A stretch of DNA of 64,000 nt from Candidatus Nanopelagicus sp. (lineage in GTDB: Bacteria; Actinomycetota; Actinomycetes; Nanopelagicales; Nanopelagicaceae). Where the stretch lies: positions 9,817 to 73,816 of the forward strand of contig JBJTJQ010000040.1 in assembly GCA_046095545.1 (NCBI GenBank), written 5' to 3'. Every line of letters starts with the position of its first letter. Position 1 is the stretch's first letter. The notes below the pieces were generated by a model. That model saw nothing but the letters and a program-made list of their open reading frames with translations. It was not told the DNA's origin and did no database searches. Of the stretch, positions 58,812-64,000 are shown piece after piece. The position numbers were made by a program, and so were the translations under genes.

Positions 58812-58846
58812 AATTTACATACATATTTGAAGAAGGGAGGGTATAA

Positions 58847-59926
58847 ATGGAGAGATTTGCAAAGGTAAATGAGCTATTAGCTGAGTACGAATCATTAGAG
58901 GCTCAAATGGCAGATCCAGCAATTCATAATGATCAAAACAAGGCTAGATCGCTGGGAAAGCGTTATGCACAATTAGGGCCAGTCATTGCTGGCTACCGCG
59001 CTTACAAATTAGCCGAAGATGATTTCAATGCTGGTAAAGAGCTGGCTGAGGTCGATCCTACATTTGTATCTGAACTTGAGGCGTTAGAAAAAAGTAAGGA
59101 TAAAGCTGGTGAAATTCTAGAGGAGTTATTACTGCCAAGAGATCCAAATGATGATCGAGATGTAATTATGGAGATTAAAGCTGGGGCTGGTGGAGATGAG
59201 TCAGCAATTTTTGCTGGTGATCTATTCAGGATGTACTCAAGATATGCCGAAAAGCAAGGTTGGAAAATAGAGGTTATTGATGCTACGCCAAGTGATATGG
59301 GTGGATACAAGGATCTTTCAGTTGGAATAAAATCTAAATCTAACGTCCAACCTGGCCAAACTCCATATGCGAAATTAAAATTTGAAGGCGGCGTTCACCG
59401 AGTACAGCGGGTGCCAGAGACTGAGTCTCAGGGAAGAATCCATACCTCCGCTGCCGGTGTTTTAATTTTGCCAGAGGCTGAAGAAATTGATGTAGATATC
59501 AATATGAATGATTTGAGAATTGATGTTTATCGATCATCTGGTCCGGGTGGACAAAGCGTGAATACCACTGATTCTGCGGTAAGAATTACCCATATTCCAA
59601 CGGGAATTGTGGTTGCGTGTCAAAATGAAAAGAGCCAACTGCAAAATAAAGAATCAGCACTAAGAATTTTGCGCGCTCGCATGTTAGCAGCAGCCCAAGA
59701 GGAGGCTGAAAGAGTTGCAGCAGCAGAACGAAAGAGTCAGGTTAGAACTGTAGATAGAAGTGAGCGAATCAGAACTTATAATTTTCCTGAAAATCGTTTG
59801 AGTGATCACCGAGTAAATTACAAGGCGAATAATCTAGATTCAGTGATGAACGGTGATTTGGAGGCCGTAATTCAAGCACTACTAGATGCTGATCGAACCG
59901 CAAAGTTAATCGCAGGTAATTCTTGA
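58847..59926 (+). CDS. prfA: Peptide chain release factor 1
   Basis: PET motif (RVPETE), GGQ. Confidence 0.97.
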   Translation: MERFAKVNELLAEYESLEAQMADPAIHNDQNKARSLGKRYAQLGPVIAGYRAYKLAEDDFNAGKELAEVDPTFVSELEALEKSKDKAGEILEELLLPRDPNDDRDVIMEIKAGAGGDESAIFAGDLFRMYSRYAEKQGWKIEVIDATPSDMGGYKDLSVGIKSKSNVQPGQTPYAKLKFEGGVHRVQRVPETESQGRIHTSAAGVLILPEAEEIDVDINMNDLRIDVYRSSGPGGQSVNTTDSAVRITHIPTGIVVACQNEKSQLQNKESALRILRARMLAAAQEEAERVAAAERKSQVRTVDRSERIRTYNFPENRLSDHRVNYKANNLDSVMNGDLEAVIQALLDADRTAKLIAGNS

Positions 59927-60777
59927 AAGAGCTACTAAGACAAGCTCTTACACAGTTTGAGAAAAACAAAATTTCTATAGTAGATGCTGAGCTTCTTTTA
60001 GCCCATATACTTGGTGTATCTCGTAAAGAGATTCACACTCAGGCTTTGGAGATACCAAATGATCGAATGGAATCAATTACAGCCGAGTACAAAGAACTAA
60101 TTAGTCAACGACTTTTAGGTAGGCCGGTTCAATACATAACTGGCAGTGCACCATTTAGGTATTTAGACTTAGAGGTGGGCGAAGGGGTACTAATTCCACG
60201 TCCAGAAACTGAATTACTAGTAGATCGAGCAATTGGCTTTCTAACCTCAATGGAATATAGCAATGAGGCAAAAAGTGTCATAGATCTTGGTGCCGGAAGT
60301 GGCGCAATTTCAATTGCAATTGCCTCTGAAGCAGCCCTGAAGGGATTAAGTGTTTCAGTTATTGCTGTAGAAAAGTCAGAGCCTGCAGTTGTATGGTTAA
60401 ATAAAAACATCGCAAAATATGACCTACCAATTAGGATTGTTGTACAGGATGTACTAACTGCATTACCTGGTGTGAAAGCTGATTTAGTTGTGGCAAATCC
60501 ACCATATATTCCAGATGATGAAAAATTACCGCAAGAGGTAGAAGGCTTTGAGCCTGAAATCGCTTTGCGGGGTGGCAAAGTAGATGGAATGCAGATCCCT
60601 AAATTATTTATTGATTCGGCCGCTAGATTATTAAAGCCTGGGGGGATTTTTATTATGGAACATCATGAAAAACAATCTGATTTAGTTAAGCAAGCACTCA
60701 AAGAAGAATTTACTTTGCCACAAACCCATGCTGATCTAACCGGTAGAGATAGATTCACTAGCGCAAGAAGGCGATAA
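59923..60777 (+). CDS. prmC: Release factor glutamine methyltransferase
   Basis: [19 protein letters not shown]; TTG start overlapping the prfA stop. Confidence 0.95.
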   Translation: MKELLRQALTQFEKNKISIVDAELLLAHILGVSRKEIHTQALEIPNDRMESITAEYKELISQRLLGRPVQYITGSAPFRYLDLEVGEGVLIPRPETELLVDRAIGFLTSMEYSNEAKSVIDLGAGSGAISIAIASEAALKGLSVSVIAVEKSEPAVVWLNKNIAKYDLPIRIVVQDVLTALPGVKADLVVANPPYIPDDEKLPQEVEGFEPEIALRGGKVDGMQIPKLFIDSAARLLKPGGIFIMEHHEKQSDLVKQALKEEFTLPQTHADLTGRDRFTSARRR

Positions 60778-60783
60778 CTTAAC

Positions 60784-61443
60784 ATGGCAGAGAGAGTTAG
60801 AGATTTCATTGACAGCGAATCCAGCTTAACTGAGGCAGTTAATTCAGCCGTTAGATATCTAAATTCTGGCGAAATAATAATTGTTGCAACAGAGTCGGGC
60901 TATGCCTACCTTGCAAATGCCTTCAATGCTAAAGCGGTTAAGAGTATTCATATAATGCGTGGTGATACTGAAGGTATAGCAGCTCAAGTATTCATAAAAG
61001 GAATTGAAGTTTTGGCAGGAATTGCTCAACCAATAAATTTTCAACAAAAGCAAGTTTTGGAAAAATTTTGGCCAGGACCGCTTTCAGTCACAATAAAATC
61101 CCAACCAGGCCTTAATTGGGATCTAGGAGATGACAGGCGGTTGGGTAAGATTAATGTGCGCGTGCCAAATAGAAAATTCATAAGTAAGGTTTTAGATAAA
61201 TCTGGCCCGCTTGCTACAGCTTCAATAGCATTTACTGGTAGGTCAGCGATTGTTGATTTGAAACAAATCATTATTCGTGAGGGCGATGTTGGTGCGGTAT
61301 TTGATGAAGGGATATTGGAAAATGCTGGGCAATCGACGATCCTAGAGTTTTCTGAGGATCAAATCATGCTTCAGCGCGAAGGCGCAGTATCAATAATGCA
61401 ATTAAAACCACTGATCCCTTCACTTTCTACAACAAACCTTTAG
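60784..61443 (+). CDS. tsaC: YrdC/TsaC-fold protein (divergent threonylcarbamoyl-AMP synthase)
   Basis: FWPGPLS, WDLGD, VRVP, STI, REGA; canonical prmC-tsaC-glyA/wecA position. Confidence 0.72.
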   Translation: MAERVRDFIDSESSLTEAVNSAVRYLNSGEIIIVATESGYAYLANAFNAKAVKSIHIMRGDTEGIAAQVFIKGIEVLAGIAQPINFQQKQVLEKFWPGPLSVTIKSQPGLNWDLGDDRRLGKINVRVPNRKFISKVLDKSGPLATASIAFTGRSAIVDLKQIIIREGDVGAVFDEGILENAGQSTILEFSEDQIMLQREGAVSIMQLKPLIPSLSTTNL

Positions 61444-61452
61444 GCTTCTCCT

Positions 61453-62733
61453 ATGTCGCTAAATGAAAAGTACTATGGGCCAGACTTTAATTCGCTTGAG
61501 CGTCAAGACCCTGAAATCGCTTCCGTTTTACTCTTTGAGCTAGAGCGTCAAAGAAAAAATCTACAACTTATTGCAAGTGAAAACTTCACATCCTCTGCAG
61601 TCTTAGCCGCAATGGGCTCAACACTTTCAAATAAGTACGCTGAGGGTTACCCAGGTAAAAGATATTACGGTGGTTGTGAAGAGGTAGATAAGGTTGAAGT
61701 AATAGGAAACGAGCGAGCAAAGGCGTTATTTGGTGCCGAACACGCAAACTTGCAACCGCACTCTGGAGCAAGTGCAAATATTGCGGTGTATCAAGCGTTT
61801 ACCAAACCAGGAGACACAGTGCTTGCGATGTCACTTCCTCATGGCGGGCATCTAACGCACGGCTCTAAAGTAAATTTTTCTGGTAAGTGGTTTAATGTAG
61901 TTTCATATGGTGTCCGTCAAGATAATGAATTAATTGATTATGATCAATTGCGAGATTTAGCCATAGAACATAAACCTAAAATGATCTGTTCTGGCGCAAC
62001 CGCCTATCCAAGCTTGATTGATTTTGAAAAGGTAAGACAGATTTGCGATGAGGTTGGTGCAATTATGTGGGTAGATGCTGCTCACTTTATTGGTTTAGTA
62101 GCTGGTAAAGCTATCCCATCACCAGTTCCATTTGCCGATGTTGTTTCATTTACTACCCACAAGGTGCTTCGTGGTCCACGCGGTGGAATGATACTTTCTA
62201 AAGCCCAACATGCAGCAGCTATTGATAAAGCAGTTTTTCCTGGCATTCAAGGTGGACCAAATATGAGCGCAGTTGCGGGTAAAGCTGTTGTTCTAAAAGA
62301 GTGTGCTACACCTGCCTATCAAGATTATGCTAAGAAAGTTATTGAAAACTGTAAAGCTTTGGCATCGGATTTACAAAGCGAGGGAATGCGAGCCGTATCC
62401 GGTGGCACGCAAACTCACCTTGCATTAATTGATATTCGATCAACTGGAATAAATGGAAAAGTAGCTGATGAAAGATGCGGATTATCAGGAATATCCTTAA
62501 ATAAAAATTCAATACCCTTTGATCCAGAATCCCCTGCCGTAACCAGCGGAATTAGGGTTGGCACAGCGGCAATTACAACCCAGGGTATGGGTAAGCCTGA
62601 AATGAAGATAATTGCAGGATTAATTGCCAGGGCTATAAAGGATGGCTCAGACGAAAGCAAAGCCAAAAATATTAGAGCTGAGATACATCAGTTAACTGCG
62701 AAGTTTCCAGTTTATCCAGAACCAAAAAATTAA
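61453..62733 (+). CDS. glyA: Serine hydroxymethyltransferase
   Basis: LIASEN, YAEGYPG, GGHLTHG, TTHK, SGIRVG. Confidence 0.97.
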   Translation: MSLNEKYYGPDFNSLERQDPEIASVLLFELERQRKNLQLIASENFTSSAVLAAMGSTLSNKYAEGYPGKRYYGGCEEVDKVEVIGNERAKALFGAEHANLQPHSGASANIAVYQAFTKPGDTVLAMSLPHGGHLTHGSKVNFSGKWFNVVSYGVRQDNELIDYDQLRDLAIEHKPKMICSGATAYPSLIDFEKVRQICDEVGAIMWVDAAHFIGLVAGKAIPSPVPFADVVSFTTHKVLRGPRGGMILSKAQHAAAIDKAVFPGIQGGPNMSAVAGKAVVLKECATPAYQDYAKKVIENCKALASDLQSEGMRAVSGGTQTHLALIDIRSTGINGKVADERCGLSGISLNKNSIPFDPESPAVTSGIRVGTAAITTQGMGKPEMKIIAGLIARAIKDGSDESKAKNIRAEIHQLTAKFPVYPEPKN

Positions 62734-62743
62734 AACTAATTAA

Positions 62744-63826
62744 ATGCGCGAGTATTTAGTAACAGTTTTACTGGCTGCAATAATTACCTATTTAATTACA
62801 CCTTTTGTTAGAGATTTAGCCATTAAATCCGGGGCCATCGCTCAAATTCGATCAAGAGATGTCCATGTTGAACCAACCCCAAGGTGGGGTGGTTTAGCAA
62901 TGTGGCTCGCCATGGCTTTAACTTTAGTAATTGTTAATTACCTACCACTAGTAGAAAAATCTTTCAGCAGGGAAGCAACTGGAATTTTTTTGAGTGGGAC
63001 TTTAATTTTATTTATAGGAATGTTAGATGACCGATTTGATTTGGATCCGATTACAAAATTTGCTGGCCAAGCACTTTCAGCTGGCATATTGTTAATTTAC
63101 GGAGTGCAAATTTTGTGGCTGCCAATAAATGGAATTACTACCTTGCCAACAAATATCGGACAGTTAATAACAGTTTTGTTTGTAATGGTGGTTATCAATG
63201 CAATTAATTTTGTTGATGGATTAGACGGATTAGCCACCGGCATAGTGATGATTTGTGCCGCATCGTTCTTTGCCTTCTCATATTTATTAGCGGTGGTAAA
63301 TGGTCTAAATCGAGCTGGTGCACCATCATTAATAACCGCGATAGTTATCGGCCTTTGTCTTGGTTTTTTGCCACATAATTTTCATCCAGCTCAAGTTTTC
63401 ATGGGTGACTCTGGCGCTATGTTTCTAGGCTTACTAATTAGCGCATCGGCAATAACTCTCACCGGTCAGGTCGACGCTTCGGCAATAACAGAAGAAAATG
63501 GTGGAAATGTTCTACTGCCACTTTTACTGCCGTTTTCAATCTTAGCGATACCACTCCTAGATTTTATAATGGCAATTGTTCGCAGAGTAAAAGCGGGAAG
63601 ATCACCATTTGATGCCGATCGCGAGCATTTGCACCATCGCATAATGCGATTAGGGTTGACTCAGCAGCGAACCACAATTGTTTTGTACTTTTGGACCGCG
63701 ATGTTTGCTCTACCAACAGTAATAGCAGCATTTTCGCCAATTTGGGTCGCCTTCTTAGCTGGAACTGTTATCTTTGGAATTTCGATTTTATTAATTAAGT
63801 TTCGACAAGTAATGAACATCTCATGA
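62744..63826 (+). CDS. wecA: Polyprenyl-phosphate GlcNAc-1-phosphate transferase (WecA/Rfe, MraY family)
   Basis: TPRWGG, LDD, NAINFVDGLDGL, FMGDSG, HLHH. Confidence 0.9.
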   Translation: MREYLVTVLLAAIITYLITPFVRDLAIKSGAIAQIRSRDVHVEPTPRWGGLAMWLAMALTLVIVNYLPLVEKSFSREATGIFLSGTLILFIGMLDDRFDLDPITKFAGQALSAGILLIYGVQILWLPINGITTLPTNIGQLITVLFVMVVINAINFVDGLDGLATGIVMICAASFFAFSYLLAVVNGLNRAGAPSLITAIVIGLCLGFLPHNFHPAQVFMGDSGAMFLGLLISASAITLTGQVDASAITEENGGNVLLPLLLPFSILAIPLLDFIMAIVRRVKAGRSPFDADREHLHHRIMRLGLTQQRTTIVLYFWTAMFALPTVIAAFSPIWVAFLAGTVIFGISILLIKFRQVMNIS

Positions 63827-64000
63827 GTAATAATCAATCAAGTGATAAAGCGTTATGGCAAGGCGCAATAATCCCAGCAGCCATCACCGCTCTTCTTTCG
63901 CTAATCGTTATGGCAACACTTAATGGAAGATCTGGTGCGATTGGAGCATTTTTAGCATCGATTACTGTCATTATATTTTTCAGTGTTCATTTACTAGTTG
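63823..64000 (+). CDS. Membrane protein, probably AtpI-like (3' truncated by window)
   Basis: MSNNQSSDKALWQGAIIPAAITALLSLIV...; ATG overlaps the wecA stop; the atp operon normally follows in actinobacteria. Confidence 0.6.
   Translation, partial: MSNNQSSDKALWQGAIIPAAITALLSLIVMATLNGRSGAIGAFLASITVIIFFSVHLLV

Overview
Core-genome window of a streamlined, low-GC actinobacterium, very likely of the freshwater acI lineage (Nanopelagicales). This assignment rests on actinobacterial synteny, an actinorhodopsin and tiny intergenic spacers. Gene order: typA (3' end), adnAB, EEP hydrolase, nudC, uvrD2, whiB7/wblC with a leader-peptide attenuator, DUF5679, M48 peptidase, zincin, PDZ-Lon, UPF0182, tRNA-fMet, Cu-ATPase, rsgA, aroA, sigR/H-rsrA, NiSOD sodN/sodX, kgd, a degenerate GGDEF gene plus minimal tadABC, argG, FMN riboswitch with riboflavin transporter, pirin, pntAB, argF, GH18, clpS, actinorhodopsin, murI, rph, rdgB, a histone-like membrane protein, OatA-like acyltransferase, a coiled-coil protein, tRNA-Leu, and argS-lysA-hom-thrCB-rho-rpmE-prfA-prmC-tsaC-glyA-wecA-atpI. 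No mobile elements or CRISPR were seen. The most interesting unexplained signals are at 10.1-12.3 kb: an unannotated promoter-to-terminator hairpin sRNA with a G-rich loop, a structured C-rich leader of the DUF5679 gene, a phased DnaA-box-like cluster, and the whiB7 uORF attenuator. Also notable are an ATT start for rph, a two-isoform sigR, a motif-degenerate TsaC, and pervasive leaderless gene starts. All calls come from reading the sequence by eye; no searches or folding programs were run.
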